A stretch of DNA of 48,495 nucleotides, taken from Methanobacteriota archaeon (GTDB taxonomy: Archaea; Thermoplasmatota; Thermoplasmata; RBG-16-68-12). Under the pieces are notes generated by a model. It had not been told where the DNA came from. It made no database searches and was given only the letters and a program-made list of their open reading frames with translations. The first letter of the stretch is position 1, and every line of letters starts with the position of its first letter. Where the stretch lies: positions 1 to 48,495 of the forward strand of contig VBLU01000083.1 of the NCBI GenBank assembly GCA_005879065.1, written 5' to 3'. Made by a program: the position numbers and the translations under genes. Shown here one piece after another: positions 1-7,449 of the stretch.

Positions 1-201
1 GGCCATTGCCATCCCCACGATACCGGGCATGGTCGCCACATTCGCGACTTGCTCCGGAGCCCGGTCTTGCCGGAGCTGGGGGATCATCGGCTGGTCCACG
101 AAGATGAGCCCGCTCGTCCGCATCTGCGGCTTGTAGGACCGTGGGATCTGGAACCGAAACGAGTCCACCTGTTCGAGAGGGCCGTTCCATCCGTCGACCA
201 T
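1..201 (-). CDS. rtcB: RNA-splicing ligase RtcB, N-terminal 67 codons (gene runs off the window start)
   Basis: Hand translation of the minus strand from ATG 201: MVDGWNGPLEQVDSFRFQIPRSYKPQMRTSGLIFVDQPMIPQLRQDRAPEQVANVATMPGIVGMAMA. This fits the RtcB N-terminus pattern (W/F-x-IP ... EQ-x-x-NVA-x-LPGI ... AMPD). It is absent from the ORF track because it is open at the window edge. Confidence 0.8.
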   Translation of the reverse strand, partial: MVDGWNGPLEQVDSFRFQIPRSYKPQMRTSGLIFVDQPMIPQLRQDRAPEQVANVATMPGIVGMAMA

Positions 202-483
202 GGCACCGGGAGGGCCAACTAACGACCGAGCCCACATAAACGTTCTTGCGCCCTCGGAGGAATTCGCAAAGTATATGCTCGACCCTGCCATCGTCTGTCA
301 CGGGTTGGGACGAGCTCCGGTGCCGCTCCTCTCGGGCCGCTTTCCGGTGGGCATGGGCGGCCGGGATTCGCAGGCCGAGGACACCCCGGTTGAGGGGGAG
401 GGATCGGGACCTGCGGCTTCGCGAGCGTCCGGGGCTCGTCGCTTCCTTTTCTCCGGTTCTCACCAACAACGGTTTTAGGAATC

Positions 484-1341
484 TCAGCCGCGGGCCTCGT
501 CGATTGCCACGATCGCTTCCCGAATCAGGCGGGCGGCCAGCAACGCCGTCTGTCCGAAGTCCCAGGCGGGGCTCACTTCGTTCAGGTCCATGCCGACGAG
601 GTGCGGCGCCAGGATGCCGATCAGCTTCTTCACTTGCAGGGGGGAGAGACCGAACGGCTCGGGATTCCCGACGGCCGGTGCGTACGAGGGATCGATGCCG
701 TCCATGTCGACCGTGAGGTAAATCCGGTCGCGGTCAACCTCCTTCAGCGCGCGCTCGGCACCCGCTGCGATGCCGCGCTCATGGATGTCGAACACGCTCA
801 CGTACGTGAGGCCGAGCCGCTCCAGGTCCTCCCGTTCTTCCCGGCTGTACGACCGGACGCCCAGGTAGACGACATGCTCGACGCCGATGTGGTCCGCAAT
901 CCGACGTGCGCTACATGCGTGCGACCACGGATCGTCCAGGTAGGACTCTCGGAAGTCCAGATGGGCGTCGATCCCGATCACGCCGACGTCCTTCGGGAAG
1001 GCACGGACGACCGCGGGCGCGAGGCTGTGCTCCCCGCCGATCACGATCGGAATCTTTCCCGCACCGACGACTTCGGAGGCCATCTTGGTGACGCCGCCCA
1101 CCATCTCCGTTGTCGGTCCGAAGGCGGGCGTGTCGCCGAGGTCGGCCACGGGGACCTCGAGCAGGTCCCTCTGGTGGTCCATCATGAAGGTCTCGAAGTT
1201 GTACGAGGCCTCGCGGATCGCCCGAGGCGCGAATCGGGAGCCGCCGCGGAACGAGCAGGTGCGATCGTACGGAACGCCGAACAAGGCGATGCGGGCCGCG
1301 TCGTATTTCGCGACGGCGTCCGCGAAACGAGGCGCGGCCAT
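484..1341 (-). CDS. speB: Agmatinase (ureohydrolase family)
   Basis: ORF 484..1359 carries ureohydrolase metal-site motifs GGEHS, IDAHLD, TVDMDGIDP and NEVSP. I moved the start to the second ATG (1341, MAAPRF...). A TATA-like CAAATAAG (1370..1363) lies 28 nt upstream of it and only about 5 nt from the first ATG. Confidence 0.9.
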   Translation of the reverse strand: MAAPRFADAVAKYDAARIALFGVPYDRTCSFRGGSRFAPRAIREASYNFETFMMDHQRDLLEVPVADLGDTPAFGPTTEMVGGVTKMASEVVGAGKIPIVIGGEHSLAPAVVRAFPKDVGVIGIDAHLDFRESYLDDPWSHACSARRIADHIGVEHVVYLGVRSYSREEREDLERLGLTYVSVFDIHERGIAAGAERALKEVDRDRIYLTVDMDGIDPSYAPAVGNPEPFGLSPLQVKKLIGILAPHLVGMDLNEVSPAWDFGQTALLAARLIREAIVAIDEARG

Positions 1342-1362
1342 CCGCGAGCGGAATCGCATGGG

Positions 1363-1370
1363 CTTATTTG
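1363..1370 (-). promoter_or_regulatory. TATA-like box for speB
   Basis: CAAATAAG on the minus strand, 28 nt upstream of ATG 1341. It fits the spacing seen at other genes in this window. Confidence 0.45.
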
Positions 1371-1383
1371 AGGACGAGCCCGG

Positions 1384-1770
1384 TCATTGCCAGGTCAGCT
1401 TCCGGCGGCCCAGGGCTTCCATGTACATGACCTCCTGGCCGGGCTGGAGCTTGCCCTGCAATTCCTCCGGCACGGGAAGTTCGAACGTCTGGTAGGTCGC
1501 GAGGTCCATGAGTTGCGCGACGTTCCCGTGCATCGAAAGGACTTGCGCCTTCCCCTTGTCAATCATCGGGATACGGACCTTGTGGGTGACGGGATGGACG
1601 ACCGATCGCTTCTGACCGTCGAAGAGGCCGACCACTTCGAGTCGGGCTTTCGCCTCGCCGTGTTTCCCCGGCTTCGACATCTGGATGCTGATGATCCGGC
1701 AAGGTTCGTCGTCGATGACCACGTACCGGTTCACCTTTAGCTCCCGAATCTCCGCCTGTTCCCACGACAT
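1384..1770 (-). CDS. eif5a: Translation initiation factor 5A (aIF5A)
   Basis: 128 aa with the hypusine-site motif [13 protein letters not shown] and an OB-fold C-terminal half. It lies directly upstream of speB. Confidence 0.95.
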   Translation of the reverse strand: MSWEQAEIRELKVNRYVVIDDEPCRIISIQMSKPGKHGEAKARLEVVGLFDGQKRSVVHPVTHKVRIPMIDKGKAQVLSMHGNVAQLMDLATYQTFELPVPEELQGKLQPGQEVMYMEALGRRKLTWQ

Positions 1771-1800
1771 CGCGATTCTCCTGCAGCGATAATGCCGGGT

Positions 1801-1815
1801 CCTTAAAATGTTTCC
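1801..1815 (-). promoter_or_regulatory. BRE/TATA-like element for aIF5A
   Basis: GGAAACATTTTAAGG on the minus strand, 38 nt upstream of ATG 1770. A GGAG lies about 9 nt before the ATG. Confidence 0.5.
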
Positions 1816-2886
1816 TTACTGACGCCGACCTTTCTTGGACCGGCGTTTGTTTCGCGTTCGATGACCGGTCGTCCGGGCCGGTCGTTCCGACTTCCGACGA
1901 CGGATTTCAATGACGGCGGAGTCGAGGCTGCGAAGGAGATCCGGCGCGATTCGTCGTTTCGTATATGCGTCCGCGCGCGCCGCCATCGCGATGCGTCCGG
2001 CGAGGGCACGGGCGATGGCACCGCGCTGCCACGTGGGCGCGCGATGGACGAGGGGATGCTGGAAGAGTACTCCGTGCTTCGGAGGTCGTGAGCCGGTCCG
2101 GAGATGTCGGAACAAGGCGCGCTCCGCGCCGAGAAGCTGCACGGTCCCCGCCGGAGCGCGGGCCAGGTCTTCGACGCTCCCCGCGAGCGTCACGAGTCGC
2201 GCGGCGATGATGGGCCCGGTGAGCTCCGAGACGTTCGGGGCCAGCTCTCGGACGGAGCGTTCCACGTACGCCTCGACCAACTTCCGTTCTCCCGCGACGT
2301 GCTTCGCGAGTCCCGCGAACGACTTCAATTCTTCCTCCTCGCGGTCGCCGAGTTCCGCACCGACGCTCTCTGCGGGAGCGATCGGCATCCGCTCACGGCG
2401 CCCATGGAGCGCAACGAGATCGATGTACGTCCCAGCGTCCACCATGGGCGCGAGTTCGGGGAAATGGAGGCCGTACCATTCGCGCAGGCGTTCGACGATC
2501 GCGTTCTCCTGTTCCTGGATTTCATCGAGCGCGCCCACCGCTTGGCGGAGATGGTCTTCCGGCCCGACCGCCTTCCGCATCCGGACCTTAGCGAGGAGGA
2601 CCATCGCATCATGGAGGAGGTCGCGGCCGTAGCCGAACGCCTCCGGATCGAGGAAAGGGGCCGCCTCCCGAGTGAGGTTGCCACCCGCGCGTTCGAGGCG
2701 CGGTTCCAGGACGAAGACGTCATCCGTCAGGGTCATGAGCTCCCGCTCTTCCGCGAGGACCTTCCAGTCGTCTACGAGGGCGAGGCGCTCCGCGAGTGGC
2801 TCCGCCGCTTTCGGAAAGAGTCGCTGCTCGACGACCTTGCCCTCGTCCAGGAGGAAGGAGCCGAACCAAGTCGTCAGGAGCAACAC
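1816..2886 (-). CDS. nop5: C/D box sRNP core protein Nop5 (Nop56/58 homolog)
   Basis: 356 aa. Nop-domain signature LLGAERALFRHLRTGSRPPKHGVLFQHPLV, NOSIC-like LREWYGLHFPEL, and a basic K/R tail. The start codon is GTG. Confidence 0.9.
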   Translation of the reverse strand: MLLLTTWFGSFLLDEGKVVEQRLFPKAAEPLAERLALVDDWKVLAEERELMTLTDDVFVLEPRLERAGGNLTREAAPFLDPEAFGYGRDLLHDAMVLLAKVRMRKAVGPEDHLRQAVGALDEIQEQENAIVERLREWYGLHFPELAPMVDAGTYIDLVALHGRRERMPIAPAESVGAELGDREEEELKSFAGLAKHVAGERKLVEAYVERSVRELAPNVSELTGPIIAARLVTLAGSVEDLARAPAGTVQLLGAERALFRHLRTGSRPPKHGVLFQHPLVHRAPTWQRGAIARALAGRIAMAARADAYTKRRIAPDLLRSLDSAVIEIRRRKSERPARTTGHRTRNKRRSKKGRRQ

Positions 2887-2907
2887 GCGTGCGCGAAGGG
2901 GATGATT

Positions 2908-2920
2908 CCGTAAAAGTGTA
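2908..2920 (-). promoter_or_regulatory. TATA-like box for nop5
   Basis: TACACTTTTACGG on the minus strand. The TTTTA lies 29 nt upstream of GTG 2886. Confidence 0.45.
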
Positions 2921-2925
2921 TGCGC

Positions 2926-3969
2926 TCAGCGGGACTTCTTCGCGGTCCCTTTCTTTCGCGGCGCCGCCGGCTTGTTCAACAGCCCTAGCTGGGACGGTTT
3001 TCGGATCCCGAACTCCGTGATGATCCCGGTAATGTACTTGGCCGGCGTGACGTCGAAGGCGGGGTTTCTCGCGGGGCTCTCTTTGGGAGCGATCGGCTGT
3101 CCGTCCAGATGAAGGACCTCCTGCGGCGACCGTTCCTCAATCGGAATCTTCGCCCCGGTGGCAAGGGTGAAGTCAATTGTGCTCGTCGGTGCCGCGACGT
3201 AGAACGGGACGTCGTTCTCTCGGGCAACGACCGCCTTTCCGTAGGTGCCAATCTTGTTTGCTGTGTCTCCGTTTGCAGCGATGCGATCCGCGCCGACCAG
3301 GACGAGGTCGACTTCTCCCCGGCCGAGGAAGTGACCGGCCGCCCCATCCGTGATGATCGCATGGTCGATTCCTTCCTGCAGGAGTTCCCACGACGTGAGC
3401 CGCGCACCCTGTAACCGGGGACGGGTTTCATCGACATACACGAAGAAACGCCGGCCCTGCTCTTTGGCGGCTCGCATCGGCGCCATGACCGTCCCATAGT
3501 CCACTGCCGCCAGGGCCCCGGCGTTGCAGTGCGTCAGGATCCGCGTCCCGTTCCGGATGAGCTTGGCCCCGCGTTTCCCGATGTTCCGGCAGCGGTCGAT
3601 GTCTTCCTGAGCGTACCGATCGGCGGCGGCGACCAAGTCGGTTCCGTTCGCGGAAGCCTTCGTCATGTAGTCGATCGCGACGAACAGGTCCTGTCCGGTC
3701 GGCCGTGTCTTCCGGAACCGATCACCGACCGCCTTCAGGTCGAGCCCTTGAAGGCCTGCTTGGGCCATCCCGTAGGCGGCCGTCGCACCGATCGCCGGTG
3801 CGCCACGGACTACCATGTCCTCGATTGCGACCGCGACGTCCTCAGCGTTCTTCGCCTCGTAGATTCGGAGATCGAACGGAAGGTACCGCTGGTCGATCAG
3901 CTTCACCATGCCGTCCTCGAGCCAAACCGTCCTCAGCTCCCGCACCGTGCCGTCGAGGGTGACGTGCAC
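2926..3969 (-). CDS. mtnA: Methylthioribose-1-phosphate isomerase (eIF-2B alpha/beta/delta-like family)
   Basis: 347 aa with LIDQRYLP, VRGAPAIGATAA, THCNAG and VGADRIAANGDTANKIGTY. It has an extra Lys-rich C-terminal tail (APRKKGTAKKSR). Confidence 0.8.
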   Translation of the reverse strand: MHVTLDGTVRELRTVWLEDGMVKLIDQRYLPFDLRIYEAKNAEDVAVAIEDMVVRGAPAIGATAAYGMAQAGLQGLDLKAVGDRFRKTRPTGQDLFVAIDYMTKASANGTDLVAAADRYAQEDIDRCRNIGKRGAKLIRNGTRILTHCNAGALAAVDYGTVMAPMRAAKEQGRRFFVYVDETRPRLQGARLTSWELLQEGIDHAIITDGAAGHFLGRGEVDLVLVGADRIAANGDTANKIGTYGKAVVARENDVPFYVAAPTSTIDFTLATGAKIPIEERSPQEVLHLDGQPIAPKESPARNPAFDVTPAKYITGIITEFGIRKPSQLGLLNKPAAPRKKGTAKKSR

Positions 3970-3979
3970 GAGGCCCCTC

Positions 3980-4213
3980 CTACGCCCGCCGGAGCGAAGA
4001 AAGAAGGCTCGAAAGTCCCGGTCGTCCCAGCTCCCGTTTCATCTCCCGGGTAAGAGAATCGTAGTACGCGACCTGCTGTTCGACCTTCACGAGCTCGTCG
4101 TCCAGGCGACGGCGTTCGTCGTCCACGCTCCGAAGCGCCTCGATGAGGCGTCGTTCGCGTTGTCGCCACCGCTCGATCTCGCGTTGCGTGGCCTGAGGCC
4201 CTGCCAGCGGCAT
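3980..4213 (-). CDS. Small coiled-coil protein (paralog of 4215..4457)
   Basis: ORF 3980..4231. I placed the start at ATG 4213 (MPLAGPQ...), 1 nt after the TAG of the upstream gene. The sequence is heptad-rich: REIERWRQRERRLIEALRSVDDERRRLDDELVKVEQQV. Confidence 0.6.
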   Translation of the reverse strand: MPLAGPQATQREIERWRQRERRLIEALRSVDDERRRLDDELVKVEQQVAYYDSLTREMKRELGRPGLSSLLSSLRRA

Positions 4214-4214
4214 C

Positions 4215-4457
4215 CTACCGCCCCGGTCCAATCGATGGAATCGTGGTGCCGGCCCGGGCCCCCAATTGCAGGTCGATGAGGACGCGGCCGTACTGGACGA
4301 TCTTGTTCCTCACGCCGTCCAGCTCCTTCTTCAGCAACGAGCGGCGCCGATCGAGCTGCCGGATCCGATCGTGGATCCGTTTGCGGCGCTCGCGCCATTT
4401 CTTCTGTTCTTCCAAGGCAAGGAGGACACCGGAGGGGTCCATGGAGGCGTTTCTCAT
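4215..4457 (-). CDS. Small coiled-coil protein (paralog of 3980..4213)
   Basis: Last 80 codons of ORF 4215..4634, from ATG 4457 (MRNASMDPSG...). It contains EEQKKWRERRKRIHDRIRQLDRRRSLLKKELDGVRNKI. The upstream part of the ORF overlaps the preceding gene and looks non-coding. Confidence 0.6.
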   Translation of the reverse strand: MRNASMDPSGVLLALEEQKKWRERRKRIHDRIRQLDRRRSLLKKELDGVRNKIVQYGRVLIDLQLGARAGTTIPSIGPGR

Positions 4458-4495
4458 CAGATGGTCAGGACTATTTAACCGTGCTGTCGCCGCTG

Positions 4496-4801
4496 TCATT
4501 CCTCTTTGATCTGAGCACCGGGAATCACGTACTTGAAGAGATCGAAGAGATTCATCGCCTGGTTCACGAAGTCCCGGGCGATCCCATCTCCCGTGTCGAG
4601 TCCGAACACGAGTTCCAGGTCGTCGACCTTCCACACGCTCACCAAATTCGCAACGGTGCGCTGCGTCGCCGCCTCGCTCACGCGGAGTTTGCCAATCAGG
4701 TTCTCACCCTCCCGGGTCGTGGAGAGGGAGACCAAGAAACCGCGCCCTTGCAGCTGCTTTTTCGCGATCGTTGTCATTTCTGATTTGTCCTCCTTTGCCA
4801 T
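4496..4801 (-). CDS. Hypothetical protein, 101 aa
   Basis: ORF 4496..4834. I moved the start to ATG 4801 (MAKEDKSE...), which has GGAGG 8 nt upstream. The first ATG lies only about 10 nt from the TATA-like element. No family recognised. Confidence 0.65.
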   Translation of the reverse strand: MAKEDKSEMTTIAKKQLQGRGFLVSLSTTREGENLIGKLRVSEAATQRTVANLVSVWKVDDLELVFGLDTGDGIARDFVNQAMNLFDLFKYVIPGAQIKEE

Positions 4802-4835
4802 CGAGGGTGCCTCCTGCGGAGCTATTCCGACCATC

Positions 4836-4848
4836 GGTAATAAAGGCT
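4836..4848 (-). promoter_or_regulatory. TATA-like box for the 4801-3980 small-protein/mtnA operon
   Basis: AGCCTTTATTACC on the minus strand, 43 nt upstream of ATG 4801. Confidence 0.45.
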
Positions 4849-4880
4849 GTGAGAAGGGGCCGGGACGCGTCCGCCACGAT

Positions 4881-4892
4881 GGAAATTTATAC
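4881..4892 (+). promoter_or_regulatory. tRNA-Val promoter (TATA box)
   Basis: GGAAATTTATAC. The TTTATA starts 31 nt upstream of tRNA position 1. Confidence 0.6.
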
Positions 4893-4916
4893 CGCGGGGT
4901 GCGTTGCGCAGCCGTC

Positions 4917-4989
4917 GGGCTCGTGGTCTAGCGGTTATGACATCGCTCTCACACAGCGAAGGTCACCGGTTCGAATCCGGTCGAGCCCA
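4917..4989 (+). tRNA. tRNA-Val (anticodon CAC)
   Basis: Hand-folded cloverleaf of 73 nt. Acceptor GGGCTCG/CGAGCCC; anticodon stem TCGCT/AGCGA with loop CTCACAC (CAC at 4950..4952); T arm ACCGG-TTCGAAT-CCGGT; discriminator A. No encoded CCA. Confidence 0.95.
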
Positions 4990-5000
4990 TTGTTCCTCTT

Positions 5001-5026
5001 GGTCGCGGACGCCGGACCGCGAGACC
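5001..5026. terminator. Imperfect hairpin between convergent tRNA-Val and coxIV-like gene
   Basis: GGTCGCGG-acgccgga-CCGC(ga)GACC, preceded by the T-rich TTGTTCCTCTT. Function not established. Confidence 0.3.
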
Positions 5027-5034
5027 GAACGAGT

Positions 5035-5265
5035 TCAATGTGCGACCGTCGCGGTGAGAGCCGCGACAAGCACGGCCACCAACGCGAGGCCGGCGAGCGG
5101 AATCAGGGCGAGCCACCGAGGCTCATATCGAAGATGCATGTAATATGCGACGACGAGGCTCGCTTTGATCGTCGACATGATCACGAGAAGGACGATTCGG
5201 AAGGTATGTTCGAGGACGGGGAAGTAACCGGGCGTGGTGATTGCGATTTCGAGTCCGGTGACCAC
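5035..5265 (-). CDS. Small two-TM protein, cytochrome oxidase subunit IV-like
   Basis: 76 aa with a GTG start. It has two hydrophobic helices and a KASLVVAYYMHL motif resembling prokaryotic CoxIV (K..LV...FMH). It lies directly downstream of coxIII. Confidence 0.55.
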   Translation of the reverse strand: MVTGLEIAITTPGYFPVLEHTFRIVLLVIMSTIKASLVVAYYMHLRYEPRWLALIPLAGLALVAVLVAALTATVAH

Positions 5266-5366
5266 AAAGAGTACCGCGAAGACCGGGATGTACGGTCGAC
5301 GCCGAATCGTCTCGCCGATCGCAGGGGCCTGTTTCGCTACGGCCGTTTCTGCCAGGTGTCGTCACC

Positions 5367-6203
5367 TCAGACCAGATAGACGATCGTGAAGAGGAAGATC
5401 CACACGACGTCGACAAAGTGCCAATAGAGGCCGACGAGTTCGATGGCCTCGTGATTCTCCTTCGTGAATCCGCCCTTGAACGCCTTCCTCGTGACGTACG
5501 CCAGGGCGAGGACGCCCGCGGTCACGTGGGATCCATGGACGCCGGTCTGGGCATAGAACGCGGGACCGTACAGCGGGTTGACCCCGGACCCAAGCGGCGC
5601 GTGGGTGAAGGTGAGGCCCTCCCCGAAATACAGGTGCTGGTACTCGAAGGCCTGGATGCTAAGGAACGTGATTCCGAGGAGAAGCGTCGCGAGGAGGTAG
5701 AACCGGTGCTTCACTTTGTCGTCGCGCTCGATCGCGGCGAGCGCCTCGACCATCGTCAGGCTGCTGCAGATGAGAATGAACGTATTCAACCCGGTTAGGG
5801 GCACGTTCAGGATCTGGCCCGGGGTCGCCCACGGACCTTGGAACGTGGCCAAGCCCGGCGTCCCGGTCCTCAGGCGCAAGGTGAAGGACGAGCCGATGAT
5901 CGCCGAGAAGAACATGATTTCCGTCGCGAGGAACAACCAGGTGCCCAGCTTCCGCGCGCTGACCCGCGGGAACCGGGATTCGACCGATGTCGCGAGCCCG
6001 TAAAAGGCGCTCGACGGCTCCTGCATGTCCTGGTGGATCCATCCGCCGGCACCGCCGCCGAAGATCACTACGCCAACGAGGAGCATCGGGACGCTTGCGG
6101 ACACAATGCCGACATAACCGACGCCCATGCCGACCGCGATGATGACGGGCCAGGGGCTCCCGTGATGTTCCTCTTCTTCCCCGGCGGGCTCCGGATGCGC
6201 CAT
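5367..6203 (-). CDS. coxC: Haem-copper (cytochrome c) oxidase subunit III
   Basis: 278 aa, polytopic. The C-terminal signature GLYWHFVDVVWIFLFTIVYLV is typical of subunit III. Confidence 0.9.
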   Translation of the reverse strand: MAHPEPAGEEEEHHGSPWPVIIAVGMGVGYVGIVSASVPMLLVGVVIFGGGAGGWIHQDMQEPSSAFYGLATSVESRFPRVSARKLGTWLFLATEIMFFSAIIGSSFTLRLRTGTPGLATFQGPWATPGQILNVPLTGLNTFILICSSLTMVEALAAIERDDKVKHRFYLLATLLLGITFLSIQAFEYQHLYFGEGLTFTHAPLGSGVNPLYGPAFYAQTGVHGSHVTAGVLALAYVTRKAFKGGFTKENHEAIELVGLYWHFVDVVWIFLFTIVYLV

Positions 6204-6272
6204 CCGCCTCGTTCCGCCGTCGTGGATAAGCCGGGCCGCTATAACATCTTCGGTTTCCCATCCGAATGAAGT

Positions 6273-6545
6273 TCAGTTCGGACGGAACACCCAGGGATCA
6301 TGGGCGAGGCTCAGGAACAAGTCGCGGGATTTCGACCACTCGATGAGCCAGTTCGGGACGGGAATTCGAGGCCCCTCGGGACGAAATCGCATGGGAAATG
6401 CGTTCTTCGCGAGGGGGATAAAAGCATCGACGCTCGTGCTGATTCCAATTCCCAGGAGATAGAACGCACCCTCCGTCGAAACGGATCGGGACAGCGGCGC
6501 TCCGCCGATGCTTGTCAATGCCGCGACGGCCGCGATTCCGAACAT
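6273..6545 (-). CDS. Candidate small membrane protein, 90 aa
   Basis: Last 90 codons of ORF 6273..6704, from ATG 6545 (MFGIAAVAALTSIGG...). It has two hydrophobic segments and G/C-rich third codon positions. A TATA-like CTATAAG lies 31 nt upstream. No family recognised. Confidence 0.45.
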   Translation of the reverse strand: MFGIAAVAALTSIGGAPLSRSVSTEGAFYLLGIGISTSVDAFIPLAKNAFPMRFRPEGPRIPVPNWLIEWSKSRDLFLSLAHDPWVFRPN

Positions 6546-6568
6546 TGGTTGGTATGCACCGACGAAAC

Positions 6569-6579
6569 GGCTTATAGTC
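6569..6579. promoter_or_regulatory. Near-palindromic TATA element between divergent genes
   Basis: GGCTTATAGTC. It lies 31 nt from minus-strand ATG 6545 and 41 nt from plus-strand ATG 6613. Confidence 0.4.
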
Positions 6580-6612
6580 GAGGCTCGAATGGAGGAGTCG
6601 TCCTGGATTTCG

Positions 6613-7416
6613 ATGCCCGATGTTCGAAGGATGAAGACGAAGCTCGTCCTCATGGGCGAGGGCGGAGTCGGCAAGACCTCTCTCGTCCGGCGGTTCGTCC
6701 TCAATGAGTATCAAGACACATACCTGCATACCGTCGGAACGCGGGTGAACAAGATCGAACTGACGATCCCCCACGGGGCGGACACGGAAGTCCAGATGGA
6801 CATGGCGATCTTCGACATCATGGGTCAGAAGGGATTCCGCGATCTCGTCCGCGAAACGTATTACCACGGGGCGCAGGCCCTCATGGCGGTTTGCGATCTT
6901 ACCCAAAAGGACAGCCTCTCCGCCCTGGACGATTGGATTCCCCGGGCCCTCGAGATTACAGGGGATGTACCCTTGTATCTGGTCGTGAACAAGAAGGACT
7001 TGGAAGCCCAGAGAGCCATCTCGGACGAGGAGATTCGCCAGGCCGCGGAAACCTTCGCCGCACCGTATGTCCTGACATCGGCTCTGACGGGCGAGTTCGT
7101 CGAGGACGCGTTCAATGCCCTCGCCATCGAAATGGTCACTCGGGCGTTTCGTCAAGAGGACACGCGAGCGGCGGAGCGCGGCTTGCGTCAGAAGGCTCTC
7201 GTCCTTCTGGACAAACGCGGTTCGATCGGGTTGAAGAAACAGCAGTTCTTCGAGATCCTGCGCGGCGTGAAGGTCGACGAGCTCCAGGCGGAGCTCGACC
7301 GCCTCGAGCGGGAGGGCTTGGTAACGATCCTCTGGTACGGTGCGTCCGATTTTGCCGTGACAATCACCCCGCGCGGCGTGAAAGCGGTGAAGCAGTCCTC
7401 CGCATGGGAGGAGTGA
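6613..7416 (+). CDS. Ras/Rab-like small GTPase with C-terminal winged-helix-like domain
   Basis: ORF 6508..7416. G1 GEGGVGKTS, G3 DIMGQ, G4 NKKD, G5 SAL. The last approximately 75 aa (KKQQFFEILRGVKVDELQAELDRLEREGLVTILWYG...ITPRGVKAV) look like a wHTH. Start uncertain (6589, 6613 or 6631); 6508 is unlikely because it overlaps the divergent ORF and lies upstream of the TATA. Confidence 0.85.
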   Translation: MPDVRRMKTKLVLMGEGGVGKTSLVRRFVLNEYQDTYLHTVGTRVNKIELTIPHGADTEVQMDMAIFDIMGQKGFRDLVRETYYHGAQALMAVCDLTQKDSLSALDDWIPRALEITGDVPLYLVVNKKDLEAQRAISDEEIRQAAETFAAPYVLTSALTGEFVEDAFNALAIEMVTRAFRQEDTRAAERGLRQKALVLLDKRGSIGLKKQQFFEILRGVKVDELQAELDRLEREGLVTILWYGASDFAVTITPRGVKAVKQSSAWEE

Positions 7417-7449
7417 TTCGACGAAGAGGGGGACCGGGCCACGAAGAAG

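Noticed and set aside
4496-4801. Roadblock/LC7 (MglB-like) partner for the small GTPase
   Set aside because: The 101-aa protein does not show the roadblock pattern I know. It is also separated from the GTPase by a tRNA and the oxidase genes, on the opposite strand.
6508-6612. Longest-ORF start of the GTPase at 6508
   Set aside because: It overlaps the divergent 90-aa ORF and lies upstream of the TATA-like element. The residues before MPDVRRMKTKLVLMG have no counterpart in small GTPases.
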